A stretch of 61,110 nucleotides of DNA, from sequence record SRR22947727_771; one strand, written 5' to 3'. Shown here one piece after another: positions 10,052-20,099 of this stretch (position 1 is its first letter; each line of letters starts with the position of its first letter). The notes under the pieces were generated by a model. The model ran no database searches, was not told the origin of the DNA, and saw nothing but the letters and a program-made list of their open reading frames with translations. Both the position numbers and the translations under genes were made by a program.

Positions 10052-10909
10052 CTATTTAATTCCTGCGCGAATGAAGCTTTGCACAAACTGCCGCTGGAAA
10101 AGCAGAAAAGCAATAAGCAACGGGCCCGATGTCATCAAAGTGGCTGCGTTTATAACGGACCATTGTATGCCTGAATCTGTAACGGCAAAGATCGACAAAC
10201 CAACGGTGAGCGGGCGCGTTTCGACCGAGTTGGTCACGATAAGCGGCCAGACGAAATTGTTCCAATGATGGCTCACCGAAACTAGCCCATATGCCAGATA
10301 GGTTGGTTTTGCAAGTGGTATGTAAACGCGCCACAATACCCCTAAAAATGAGCACCCCTCGACCCGCGCGGCTTCATCTAATTCCTTGGGAACCGTCATG
10401 AACGTTTGGCGCAGCAGAAAGATCCCAAAGCCAGAAGCGATATAAGGCAGACCAATCGCGGCAATCGTATCAATCAACCCGAAGGACCGCATAGTTTGAT
10501 AATTCTGAACAATCAAAATATCGGGCATTACCAAAAGCTGCAGCAACACCAATGTAAACAGGACGTTTCGGCCTGGAAATGTAAAGCGCGCGAAGGCATA
10601 AGCGGCGAGCGTACATAAGAAAAACTGCGCTGCTACGATGCCAGTTACAAGAATAACAGTGTTTAAAAAATACCGTGCAAACGGCGCCTCATTCCAAGCC
10701 TGTACAAAATTTTGCAACGTCAAAGGTGCGAATAGGCTAAACCGCGTTTCATATTCACTGGGATGGAACGCCGTCCAAACAGCATAAAGCAAAGGCAAAA
10801 GCCACAAAAGAGCCAAACACCAAGCGGCAAATGTGTTTAAAGAGCGGTCAAAATCAAACGGCTTGCGTTTCAAAACTGATTGGGGCGCTAGAGAAGAATT
10901 TTCGATCAT
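10052..10909 (-). CDS. Carbohydrate ABC transporter permease (MalG/UgpE-like)
   Basis: EAA motif ELDEAARVEG; HWNNFVWPL; about 6 TM. Confidence 0.92.
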   Translation of the reverse strand: MIENSSLAPQSVLKRKPFDFDRSLNTFAAWCLALLWLLPLLYAVWTAFHPSEYETRFSLFAPLTLQNFVQAWNEAPFARYFLNTVILVTGIVAAQFFLCTLAAYAFARFTFPGRNVLFTLVLLQLLVMPDILIVQNYQTMRSFGLIDTIAAIGLPYIASGFGIFLLRQTFMTVPKELDEAARVEGCSFLGVLWRVYIPLAKPTYLAYGLVSVSHHWNNFVWPLIVTNSVETRPLTVGLSIFAVTDSGIQWSVINAATLMTSGPLLIAFLLFQRQFVQSFIRAGIK

Positions 10910-11787
10910 TTATAATGCACTTTTTTATCTATAAAAAAGAATTGTCCGATTGCAACCGTCGTTAAGATGGCAAGCATGACCACCGTCAGCGTTGCAGCAT
11001 AAGCCGTGTCCCAATAATCGAATGCCACTTCGTAGATATAAAACAACAAGAGGCTCGACGCATTATTTGGACCGCCTTCGGTCATCACAAAAATATGATC
11101 CACCAAGCGAAAGGAATTGATCACAGCATTCACCGAGACGAATAGGGTTGTGGGCATCAAAAGTGGGAAGGCGACGCGCCGGAAATAATAGAACTTACCC
11201 GCCCCCTCAATCGATGCGGCCTCGCGCAACGAGGGTGGAATGGTTTGTAAAGCCGCCAAGTAAAAGATCATGAAAAAACCGGCCTCTTTCCAGATTGCCA
11301 CTGCAATCATTGAATAAAGCGCCGTGTCGGGCGAGCCCATCCAATTTTGCTCAGGGTAGCCAAACACGCCACGAATCTGATCAATCAAGCCAAAGCCCGG
11401 CGTGTAAAAAAACAACCAAATATTGGCAACAGCGATCAAAGGCAGAACCGTTGGTGTGAAATAGGCCATACGTAAAAATCCGCGTCCACGCAGCTTTTCA
11501 TTGACCCAAAGCGCCATCGCCAAAGATAAGATAATTGAAAGCGGAATGGTCCAAACGGCGTACCAAAAATTGTTCACCAGAACCTTCCAAAACACTTCGT
11601 CGGCCATTAATGTCGTGTAATTATCCCAACCGATGAAAACCGATTTTCGCCGTCCTCGCGCCGTTGAAAAAAACGAACTTATAACAGTTTGCACCGCTGG
11701 ATAATGGGTGAATGTGATCAAAAAAATCATCGCTGGGCTGAGCAGCAACCACGCATATATCCATTGATGTCGGGTAGAATTTCGCAT
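10906..11787 (-). CDS. Carbohydrate ABC transporter permease (MalF/UgpA-like)
   Basis: EAA motif LREAASIEGA; MTEGGP. Start trimmed to ATG 11787, downstream of the intergenic hairpin. Confidence 0.92.
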   Translation of the reverse strand: MRNSTRHQWIYAWLLLSPAMIFLITFTHYPAVQTVISSFFSTARGRRKSVFIGWDNYTTLMADEVFWKVLVNNFWYAVWTIPLSIILSLAMALWVNEKLRGRGFLRMAYFTPTVLPLIAVANIWLFFYTPGFGLIDQIRGVFGYPEQNWMGSPDTALYSMIAVAIWKEAGFFMIFYLAALQTIPPSLREAASIEGAGKFYYFRRVAFPLLMPTTLFVSVNAVINSFRLVDHIFVMTEGGPNNASSLLLFYIYEVAFDYWDTAYAATLTVVMLAILTTVAIGQFFFIDKKVHYK

Positions 11788-11814
11788 TTTTATGAAGCGC
11801 TTTCGAAATGTGAA

Positions 11815-11836
11815 CCTGCCCAGCAAGCTGGGCAGG
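11815..11836 (-). terminator. Hairpin downstream of the SBP gene (mRNA stabiliser/attenuator)
   Basis: CCTGCCCAGC-AA-GCTGGGCAGG perfect 10-bp inverted repeat between the SBP and first permease genes. Confidence 0.55.
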
Positions 11837-11853
11837 CCTGAATGATGTGAAAC

Positions 11854-13137
11854 TTAACGATAAGGTTTCAGAATTCTATCCGCTGCAGCCTGCGCTTGAT
11901 CAAGCGCTTCTTGAGCGGATTTTTCACCAGCAATTGCAGAGGCCAACGCGTCATTAAACGTTTGGGTTACTTTGCCATTCTCATAGGTTGATAACTCAGC
12001 AACCGCAAATTCCAACTGATCTCGCGCAACCAATGCAGGAGGGAAATCAGCAGCATAGGCTTTCATTGCATCGGTTTCCCATGCGTCCGGGCGCGGCGCA
12101 ACATAACCGGTGGCAATCGACCAAACCGCCGCTTGCTCGGGGCTTGTAATCCACTGAACAAAATCAACCGCAGCGTCTTTTTGCTCATCCGTTGAATCTT
12201 TGAACAAATAGAAGTTACCACCACCTGTCGGCGCGCCGCGGCGCTCTTTCGCAGGCAGCATTGCAACACCGAAATCAAACGGGGCATTCGTGCGCACATT
12301 TACCAAGTTACCCGTGGTTGTCCACATCATCGCTGTTTCCCCCTCGAAGAAGGCTTTTGGCGTTGGACCCCATTCGATAGAGCCTGGCTGCATCACACCA
12401 TGCTTGGCAGAGAGATCAACCAAATATTCTAATGCTTCAACAACTTTGGGATCGTTGAAATTGGTTTTATTGCCGTCAGAATTGGCCAAGATTGCGCCTG
12501 CCGGTGTGGAAAGACCTTGGAACAACCAATAGGGAAAGCCCGCTGATGGAATACGAACGCCCCATTGCGTGACGTTGCCACTAGTGTCTTTTTTGGTCAG
12601 CTTTTTGCCGAACTCAACCATTTCATCCCAATTTGCAGGCGCGGCATCCGGATTGAGACCAGCCTCTGCAAAGGCTTCTTTATTCCAATACAAAACCGGC
12701 GTTGAGCGCTGAAACGGAATACCGTAGGTTTTCCCACCGGTTTGACTGTTTTCCATAAAGGAAGGATAGAATCCATTTATCCAACTTTCTTGCTCTTCTG
12801 CAGAGACAAAATCGTCGAATGGCACAATAACATCTTCATCGATCAGGGTGAACATTTGGGTTGATAAAAGAACCGACAATTGAGGTGGTTTGCCGCCACG
12901 CGCCGCGGTCAAAGCTTTTACGCCCGCATCGCTGTAACTGCCCGCATAAATTGCATCGATATTGACCCCAGGATTGGCGGCCACATAATCTGCGGTTAAC
13001 TTTTCAATCGTAGTTGCGGCAGCGCCGCCCACGGCCACCGGAAAATAAAATTCCAGATCGACTGCGAAGGCCGAACCAACGGCTGCAAGTGATGTCAGGG
13101 ATGCAACACTGGCTATCTTAAACATTTTTGGAAACAT
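11854..13137 (-). CDS. ABC transporter substrate-binding protein (UgpB-like, CUT1)
   Basis: Signal peptide ending AFA; GIPFQRSTPVLYWNK, PTGGGNFY, ATGYVAP. Confidence 0.9.
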   Translation of the reverse strand: MFPKMFKIASVASLTSLAAVGSAFAVDLEFYFPVAVGGAAATTIEKLTADYVAANPGVNIDAIYAGSYSDAGVKALTAARGGKPPQLSVLLSTQMFTLIDEDVIVPFDDFVSAEEQESWINGFYPSFMENSQTGGKTYGIPFQRSTPVLYWNKEAFAEAGLNPDAAPANWDEMVEFGKKLTKKDTSGNVTQWGVRIPSAGFPYWLFQGLSTPAGAILANSDGNKTNFNDPKVVEALEYLVDLSAKHGVMQPGSIEWGPTPKAFFEGETAMMWTTTGNLVNVRTNAPFDFGVAMLPAKERRGAPTGGGNFYLFKDSTDEQKDAAVDFVQWITSPEQAAVWSIATGYVAPRPDAWETDAMKAYAADFPPALVARDQLEFAVAELSTYENGKVTQTFNDALASAIAGEKSAQEALDQAQAAADRILKPYR

Positions 13138-13140
13138 GAT

Positions 13141-14253
13141 TTACCTCTGGGTTTGAGTTTGACGTGCCGACACAGAGCCGGCGTTTTGGGATGACAAAGC
13201 CATCTCAATCTCTGAACGCATCGTATCCTCGCGCCGGCCCGAGGCCGTTTCGAACACATGCAAATCGCTTACATTAAAGGCCAATTTGATTGCCATTCCG
13301 CTGGTCAAGCGGGTTTGGCCCGGCGCTCGGCAGAGCAAGCTTTCTTCACCAACTTTACATTCAACCATCGCATCTGCGCCCAAATATTCAACCTGGGCCA
13401 CCTGCCCTTCTATCACGCCATTCTCAGCCGGCACCAACGCCTCTGGACGAATGCCAAAGGTTAAATTTTGGCTTTTCTGCAAAAGCTCTGAGGGAACCGC
13501 GCCCGCCAAAAGGCTGGGCGAAAACGTCACCATCGGCGGCGTACCGATAAACTTTGCCGCAAATAAAGTTGCCGGGGTTTCATACATCACGCGCGGTGAT
13601 GCAACCTGCTCAACCTGGCCTTGATTAATCAACACAACTTGATCCGCCATGGTGACCGCTTCAACTTGATCATGTGTCACGTACAGCATCGTCACTCCAA
13701 GCCTGCGTTGCAAATCGCGGATTTCTTCGCGCATCTCGGCGCGCAACTTTGCATCAAGATTGGACAATGGCTCATCCATTAAGAAAATAGACTTATCGGC
13801 AACAATCGCCCGCCCCAAAGCAACACGCTGCTGTTGGCCGCCTGACAATTGGCTTGGCCTACGGTCTAACAAATGCCCCAAACCCAGCAGCTCAGCCGCA
13901 GCCTTCAACTTTTGGTCACGATCACTGCGCGACAGACCGCGCACGCGCAGCCCAAAGATAATGTTTTCCGCTACGCTTAGATGTGGAAACAACGCATAAG
14001 ATTGAAACACCATCGCAATGTCGCGCGCCGCTGGCGCTGCATCCGTGACGTCTTCGCCATCAATAAACACCTGCCCAGACGTTGGATCATCCAAACCAGA
14101 AACAATTCGCAACGCCGTAGATTTCCCGCATCCAGACGGACCTAGCAAAGCCGTAAATTGACCTGCCGGAACATCAAGCGAAACATTGTTTAAAGCCGTT
14201 GTGTCACCCCAACTTTTGGTAACGCCTTTTAAGCTAACAGACCCCCCGCTCAT
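13141..14253 (-). CDS. ABC transporter ATP-binding protein (MalK/UgpC-like)
   Basis: Walker A GPSGCGKST, LSGGQQQR, Walker B LMDEP, C-terminal TOBE region. ATG 14253 has a GAGG RBS; alternative GTG start at 14268. Confidence 0.93.
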   Translation of the reverse strand: MSGGSVSLKGVTKSWGDTTALNNVSLDVPAGQFTALLGPSGCGKSTALRIVSGLDDPTSGQVFIDGEDVTDAAPAARDIAMVFQSYALFPHLSVAENIIFGLRVRGLSRSDRDQKLKAAAELLGLGHLLDRRPSQLSGGQQQRVALGRAIVADKSIFLMDEPLSNLDAKLRAEMREEIRDLQRRLGVTMLYVTHDQVEAVTMADQVVLINQGQVEQVASPRVMYETPATLFAAKFIGTPPMVTFSPSLLAGAVPSELLQKSQNLTFGIRPEALVPAENGVIEGQVAQVEYLGADAMVECKVGEESLLCRAPGQTRLTSGMAIKLAFNVSDLHVFETASGRREDTMRSEIEMALSSQNAGSVSARQTQTQR

Positions 14254-14628
14254 ATCTGCCTCTGCCACTCACAAAGAGAAACCAGCAAGGGCAAGCGAAT
14301 ATTTCGCCTCGCATTTTGCGAGTCAGATCTAACCATATTATATTCCATTGTAAAAATAATCTTCATCGCCTTTTTCACTCACAAACCAAATCAATTACAC
14401 CTAAAAAAGCGGCGCTCTTGCCAACCTGACCGGCTCACATTAAATCCGCTTTGGGTTGAAATATCATAGACATAGCCGACGGGCCTGGCCCGATCCCCCA
14501 TGATCTGTTTGGCTTTTACATCTCCCTAAATCGAGCAATTAATTTTTTACGCTTTAGCGCCTAGATATCATCCATGCGCGGCACCGCAAAGCCATTGCTT
14601 CTTCTTTGAGGGAAGCATGCCCCACAAA

Positions 14629-14720
14629 AAACAACAAAACAACAAAAATATTAGATTTCCAAAAAATTTTTGATAAAAAATTATGAAAAGAGAATTTTTA
14701 AACTACAAAACTACAAAAAT
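14629..14720. promoter_or_regulatory. Pair of tandem-repeat operator-like boxes (AAACWACA x2 + AAAAT)
   Basis: AAACAACAAAACAACAAAAAT at 14629-14649 and AAACTACAAAACTACAAAAAT at 14700-14720, in the divergent region between the ABC operon and the HAD gene. Confidence 0.55.
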
Positions 14721-14814
14721 TTGGCGTTTTTTCTTTTTTTTCGATCAGCTTCAGGTAAGCTGGCACGAGTCTGCTGGGTGTTCCAGCTTGAAATGATCAA
14801 AAAGTGACTTTTAA

Positions 14815-15699
14815 ATGCTATCAACCGCCACCGCCTTTCAACGTTACCAAGAAATCCGACACAAACTGCCGACCGCCCCGCAAAACAAAACTATGTTGGA
14901 TATTGAAAACCTCACGGAGATCTCGGGGAACGCTGGCGCCTTTGTCTTTGATGCTTTTGGCGTATTGAATGTCGGTGATTGCCTTATCGAAGGGGCGGAT
15001 CAACGCTTAAGCCAATTGCGCCAACAGGGCTGTGAAATACGCATTCTCACCAATGCCGCGAGTTATGATCGCACCCGTGCATTGGAAAAGTTTGATCGGC
15101 TAGGCGTAACGATAGACGCCGCAGAAATCATCACCAGCCGCGATGCCACGCTATCTGCGCTGACGCAAAACCACTGGGGTATAATTGCCGATCCCGATGA
15201 CGCATTGACCGATATCAAATTTCAGCACACCCGGCTTGGGCAGAACGCTGGCGAATATGAGGCAGTGGATGGGTTTTTATTTCTATCCTCGGCCAATTGG
15301 TCGGAGCAAAAACAACAGCTGCTCGAAGCCTCACTGATCAGAAATGCCCGCCCTGTGCTCATCGCAAATGCGGATTTGGTGGCCCCGCGGGAAACTGGTT
15401 TCTCGCTGGAGCCAGGGTTTTATGGGCATCTTCTGTTAGATCGCGGCATCACCGACATACGGTTCTTCGGAAAGCCCTTTCCGGAAGTTTATACATTGGT
15501 GGAGAACAGCCTTCCGCAGCTTAACCCAAATGAAATTATAATGTGCGGCGATACGCTTCATACAGATATTTTAGGTGCCACGGCCAGAGGGTGGCGCAGC
15601 GTGCTTGTCACACAGGACGGGATGTTTTCCGGACATGAGACCGATATTTTCTGCAAAGAATCTGGTATTTTTGCCGATTGGCGTGTTAAGCGGATTTAA
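14815..15699 (+). CDS. HAD-superfamily subclass IIA hydrolase (NagD-like phosphatase)
   Basis: FDAFGVL (motif I variant), ILTNAAS, ANAD, GKPF, MCGDTLHTDILGA. Confidence 0.88.
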   Translation: MLSTATAFQRYQEIRHKLPTAPQNKTMLDIENLTEISGNAGAFVFDAFGVLNVGDCLIEGADQRLSQLRQQGCEIRILTNAASYDRTRALEKFDRLGVTIDAAEIITSRDATLSALTQNHWGIIADPDDALTDIKFQHTRLGQNAGEYEAVDGFLFLSSANWSEQKQQLLEASLIRNARPVLIANADLVAPRETGFSLEPGFYGHLLLDRGITDIRFFGKPFPEVYTLVENSLPQLNPNEIIMCGDTLHTDILGATARGWRSVLVTQDGMFSGHETDIFCKESGIFADWRVKRI

Positions 15700-15802
15700 C
15701 ACTGCACGATTGCCGGCAAACCGGCGGGTAAAATCTTAGCTTGAAATTTCAAACATACGAAAAATGAATATGCGTTTGTGTTTAACCTGGCACTGATACC
15801 CC

Positions 15803-16069
15803 TCATGGCGCCTGATTTATGCTGAAGGGAATAAGGCAGCCTCTAAAATGCTCCATAAACTCAAATGTGACCAAGGAGGTTTTTTTCAAAATTGGCCGCA
15901 CCATAGACAGCACATGCAGCAAACTGAGTGTAAAGGAACGAAATCCAAGGCCAAGCTTTTGATACTTTACCGCATCCCATTCACTGACAACAAACACCCC
16001 AACGCCAGTTCAAACCAGCTCGCAGGCGGCTGTGAATTTACGGATCTCTATATGCGAATTCATTTGAAC
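15803..16069 (-). pseudogene. C-terminal remnant of a LysR regulator, paralogous to the LysR at 21584-22486
   Basis: Reads VQMNSHIEIRKFTAACELV*TGVGVFVVSEWDAVKYQKLGLGFRSF...EFMEHFRGCLIPF, colinear with VEINSLVEVRQFTTACTMVKEGLGASVVSALDAENFRETGIVIRPF...DFIDYFIESLQPF; in-frame TGA at 16010-16012 and no N-terminus. Confidence 0.8.
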
Positions 16070-16288
16070 TCGAGCCTCTGCCGTGAGTTTTCCGAGAGAT
16101 ATCTGACCAGCGCGTTATCGTAATTCAGGCACTCATGCAGCTGATAACTTGCGGTATATTCGACGTTTAAACGTCGTTAAGCTGTTAAAAGCATTACAGC
16201 TTCAGCTATCTCTTAATAAAAAGAATTCGAATAGGGTTAAACGCTTTTTTAAAGTTCTTCAGGCATCAAAGTTAAGCTTTGCCGAAAA

Positions 16289-17227
16289 TCACCACTTAAG
16301 ACCGTTGGCTTTAAATATGCTTTTGGCACGATCAGGATAATCGGTGATAATCCCATCTACGCCTATATCGATCATATTTTTGAAATCGTGCAATTCGTTT
16401 ACCGTCCATGCGCAGACAATTAGACCAAGCTTATGAGCGTCTTGAACCAGCTCTAAAGTCACATCTTTAAAGTATGGGCACCACATATGACCACCAGCCT
16501 CAAAAACAGCTTCTGGGATTGAGCCAGTCAGCGATGAAAAATCAGGCGAAATATCCCTAGCAGGTGAATCAAATGGATCATCGGTACTTTCCGGCAACTG
16601 CGATAAATATGATCGCGGCATTGCCGGGGCTAACCGCGCACATTCTTGCAAGATGTTCCAATCAAAGCTGTGTAATACTGTGCGGCTTGATAAAGACCTT
16701 TGTTCGATTTCAAAAACTATTTTCTGAACTATATTGGTTGCTTGAATGGCAGCTTCAGACTTTATTTCCAGTAACAAATACAGGTTCTGACCTTTAGGCT
16801 GGCAAGCAAGATCGAAGAGCTGAGATAATCTCGGAATGCGTATGCCAGAAAAAAATGCCTGTTCCGGATAAAGCATACCGTAAGGGCTTTCTTTATCGAG
16901 CCCACCGACATCAAACTGTGCAAGTTCTGCAAAGGTAAGTTCGCTTATTCTCGGACCATTTTCAAGAAGCCACTTTCCGGCAGCATCGCGTGTTATCGCT
17001 TTAGACAAGCAATAGTCATGTGTAATAACCGGCACTCCATCCTTGGTCAGCAGAACATCAAACTCTACTGCCGTCACGCCATTTTTAACGAGGTAATCGA
17101 AACCTTTTATGGTATTTTCTGGCATCAAGCCCCGGGCACCACGATGCCCAATCAAACTTATAAACCTTGGCTGGCTGGAAAAAGCTTTTAACTGAGGGAA
17201 GTTTTTCAAGTTTGGAAAATCTTTCAT
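16289..17227 (-). CDS. ugpQ: Glycerophosphodiester phosphodiesterase (GDPD family)
   Basis: IGHRGARGLMPENT, VEFDV, ITHD, LEIK, WTVN, GIITDYP; last gene of the ugp operon. Confidence 0.9.
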   Translation of the reverse strand: MKDFPNLKNFPQLKAFSSQPRFISLIGHRGARGLMPENTIKGFDYLVKNGVTAVEFDVLLTKDGVPVITHDYCLSKAITRDAAGKWLLENGPRISELTFAELAQFDVGGLDKESPYGMLYPEQAFFSGIRIPRLSQLFDLACQPKGQNLYLLLEIKSEAAIQATNIVQKIVFEIEQRSLSSRTVLHSFDWNILQECARLAPAMPRSYLSQLPESTDDPFDSPARDISPDFSSLTGSIPEAVFEAGGHMWCPYFKDVTLELVQDAHKLGLIVCAWTVNELHDFKNMIDIGVDGIITDYPDRAKSIFKANGLKW

Positions 17228-18279
17228 TTTCCAACCCTTTTTCCAGACTCTGAATTAAAAACGTGGATATTTTGATCTTTCACAGCAAAAGACATTTTTG
17301 ATCCCGCTTCTGCAATGATATGACCAGGTAAGCTAGCAACTATTTCGACGTCTGTGTTTTCTAAAACCCCATGTATCAGGCTATTGGCGCCAAGCTGTTC
17401 GATCATTTGCACAACAATGTGCAGATTTCCTTTTTTATTTAGTTCAAAATGTTCTGGTCGTATTCCCACAGTTACAAATTCAGCGTCTATTTCGGGATAA
17501 GAGATTTCCGTCCCACTGCAAAGATGAAGCGACGTATTTTGATATTGTGCTTGAATAAAATTCATTGAAGGGCTGCCGATAAATCCTGCAACAAACAATG
17601 TCTGTGGCTTATCATAGAGCTCAATTGGAGTTCCGAATTGTTCTACCGCGCCATCGTTAAGAACCATAAGCCTGTCACCAAGAGTCATTGCCTCAACTTG
17701 ATCATGGGTGACGTAGATTGAGGTGACATTGAGCCTTTGTTGCAGTTTTCGGATTTCAAGCCGCATCTGCACTCTTAGCTTGGCATCGAGGTTTGACAGA
17801 GGTTCATCAAAAAGAAAAACTTGTGGATCTCTTACAATTGCGCGACCCATCGCTACCCGCTGTCTTTGGCCGCCTGATAACTGTCGAGGTTTTCGTTCAA
17901 GGAATTCGCTTATCCCCAGTATATCTGCCGCCTCATTCACGCGGCGGTTGATTTCATCCTTATCGATTTTGCGTATTTTTAGCCCATAGGCCATATTTTG
18001 GCGCACTGACATATGCGGATAAAGAGCGTAATTCTGAAACACCATGGCAATATCGCGATCTGCAGGTTCAAGCTCGTTGACCATATTCCCGCCGATATAA
18101 ACATATCCTGAAGTGATGGTTTCAAGCCCAGCAACCATTCGCAACAATGTTGATTTACCACAACCGGATGGACCAACCACGACGATCAGTTCCCCGTCAT
18201 TTATTTCGCCATTTAAATTATGAAGAACTTTGAGATCATCATAAGCCTTTACAAGATTTTCAAGCTTTATCGTTGCCAT
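17224..18279 (-). CDS. ugpC: sn-glycerol-3-phosphate ABC transporter ATP-binding protein
   Basis: GPSGCGKST, VNELEPADRDIAMVFQNYALYPHM, LSGGQRQR; start trimmed to MATIKL. Confidence 0.92.
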   Translation of the reverse strand: MATIKLENLVKAYDDLKVLHNLNGEINDGELIVVVGPSGCGKSTLLRMVAGLETITSGYVYIGGNMVNELEPADRDIAMVFQNYALYPHMSVRQNMAYGLKIRKIDKDEINRRVNEAADILGISEFLERKPRQLSGGQRQRVAMGRAIVRDPQVFLFDEPLSNLDAKLRVQMRLEIRKLQQRLNVTSIYVTHDQVEAMTLGDRLMVLNDGAVEQFGTPIELYDKPQTLFVAGFIGSPSMNFIQAQYQNTSLHLCSGTEISYPEIDAEFVTVGIRPEHFELNKKGNLHIVVQMIEQLGANSLIHGVLENTDVEIVASLPGHIIAEAGSKMSFAVKDQNIHVFNSESGKRVGK

Positions 18280-18292
18280 ATAAATTAACCTA

Positions 18293-19144
18293 TCACTTAT
18301 CTGTTTCCGTAAGGCCTTTGACAAAGAGCTTTTGCATAGCAATAACAACACAAACGGGTGGGATCATTGCCAAAAGCGCAGTCATCATGATTATGTTCCA
18401 TTGTGGTTGTTGCTCTGCAGCCTCTAACATTTGCTTTATGCTCATCACAATTGTGGTCATGTCGCTATCTGTCGTGATCAAGAGGGGCCACAGATATTGG
18501 TTCCACCCGTAGATGAATAATATTACAAACAGCGCTGCAATATTAGTTCGGCTTAACGGGATTAAAATGTCCCAAAAAAAACGCAACGGCTTGGCGCCAT
18601 CTATCCGAGCGCTTTCAAGCATTTCCTCGGGAATGGTTAAGAAAACTTGTCGGAACATGAATGTTGCGGTTGCAGAGGCAATCAAAGGAATCGAAAGGCC
18701 CCAATAATTATTGAGCATTCCAAGTTTAGCGACGACTTCAAAAGTTGGAAGAATACGCACCTCTACAGGCAGCATCAATGTTATGAAAATCAACCAAAAG
18801 AAACCCATACGAAATGGAAACTTAAAGTAAACGATGGCAAAAGCTGAGAGCAGCGATATAGTAATTTTTCCTACTGCAATCATCATCGCCATCGTCAGTG
18901 AGTTGAGTAACATCCTCCAAACAGGTGTGCTTCCAGTGCCCGATAAACCGCTGCCAAAAAGTGTTGTTACAAAATTTTCCCAAAAATATGTTCCCGGCAT
19001 AAGAGGTATTGGCGCCTGAGTCATCCTAATGGGATCATGGGTTGCGGCAACAAAGGTTATCCAAATCGGTAGGGCGACGATAATGATGCCAAAAATAAGC
19101 ACTAGATGACTGATAGCATCTAATATTGGACGATTTTGAACCAT
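18293..19144 (-). CDS. ugpE: sn-glycerol-3-phosphate ABC transporter permease
   Basis: FITLMLPVEVRI, PLIASATATF, FIYGWNQYLWPLL, KGLTETDK are UgpE hallmarks. Confidence 0.93.
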   Translation of the reverse strand: MVQNRPILDAISHLVLIFGIIIVALPIWITFVAATHDPIRMTQAPIPLMPGTYFWENFVTTLFGSGLSGTGSTPVWRMLLNSLTMAMMIAVGKITISLLSAFAIVYFKFPFRMGFFWLIFITLMLPVEVRILPTFEVVAKLGMLNNYWGLSIPLIASATATFMFRQVFLTIPEEMLESARIDGAKPLRFFWDILIPLSRTNIAALFVILFIYGWNQYLWPLLITTDSDMTTIVMSIKQMLEAAEQQPQWNIIMMTALLAMIPPVCVVIAMQKLFVKGLTETDK

Positions 19145-20025
19145 TAGTACTCAACCCTTCGCTCGATATAGCGGAATTGCACAACGGTCATGGCAACAAC
19201 GAGAAACATTAAAATGACCGATTGCGCCGCTGATCCTCCCAGATCAAGCCCAACGAAGCCATCGTTATAAACTTTGTAGACAAGAATAGTTGTCGCGTTG
19301 GCAGGCCCACCTTGTGTAATTGCATGAATGATTCCAAAAGTATCAAAAAAAGCATAAACAGCGTTGATGACGATTAAGAAGAAAGTTGTGGGCGAAATCA
19401 TTGGAAAAATATGATCAAAAAAGCGTCTAATTGGACCTGCACCATCGATCGCAGCCGCGTCGATTAATGAGCGCGGGATAGATTGCATTGCCGCTAAATA
19501 GAAAAGAAAGTTATAAGCAATTTGTTTCCAAGCAGCAGCAATAACCACCAGCATCATCGCTTGAGACCCATTGAGATAATGGTTCCAGTCAATCCCAACG
19601 AATTCAAATAAATATGGAAAAATGCCAAGGGTCGGATTAAACATAAATACCCAAAGCGCGCCTGCAAGAACGGGGGCTACAGCGTATGGCCAGATAAGTA
19701 AGGTGCGGTAAGTTGTTGCACCTTTAATGATTCTATCGGCAAAGCCAGCTAGGATGAGTGCGAGCGACATTGACAGAAACGCAACGCAAACTGAAAAAAA
19801 TATAGTCCTTCCAAAGCTTTCCAGATATTGTTGGTCATTCGCTAAATAAACGAAATTTTCGAACCAAACAAATTCAGTCGACATCCCAAAGGCATCTTCG
19901 ATGAGAAAAGATTGATAAACCGCCTGTGTTGCAGGCCAGATGAAAAAAATAAGCGTGATAACGACCTGTGGGGCCACCAACAAATAAGGTAATGGAGATG
20001 TTGGAAAATGAACGCGCTTAAGCAT
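19144..20025 (-). CDS. ugpA: sn-glycerol-3-phosphate ABC transporter permease
   Basis: [46 protein letters not shown]. Confidence 0.93.
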   Translation of the reverse strand: MLKRVHFPTSPLPYLLVAPQVVITLIFFIWPATQAVYQSFLIEDAFGMSTEFVWFENFVYLANDQQYLESFGRTIFFSVCVAFLSMSLALILAGFADRIIKGATTYRTLLIWPYAVAPVLAGALWVFMFNPTLGIFPYLFEFVGIDWNHYLNGSQAMMLVVIAAAWKQIAYNFLFYLAAMQSIPRSLIDAAAIDGAGPIRRFFDHIFPMISPTTFFLIVINAVYAFFDTFGIIHAITQGGPANATTILVYKVYNDGFVGLDLGGSAAQSVILMFLVVAMTVVQFRYIERRVEY

Positions 20026-20054
20026 ATCTATATCCCGATAGTGTCATAAACTTC

Positions 20055-20088
20055 AAAAAAATCGGCGGCCTGCACGAAAGCCGCCGAT
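20055..20088 (-). terminator. Hairpin plus U-tract after ugpB
   Basis: On the minus strand ATCGGCGGC...GCCGCCGAT is followed by a T run. Confidence 0.65.
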
Positions 20089-20099
20089 ACTTCATTTCT

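Noticed and set aside
16161..16176. Perfect palindrome CGACGTTTAAACGTCG and nearby TTAA motifs suggesting CtrA boxes
   Set aside because: TTAA spacings are 4, 6 or 8 nt rather than 7, and the site lies downstream of ugpQ beside a pseudogene.
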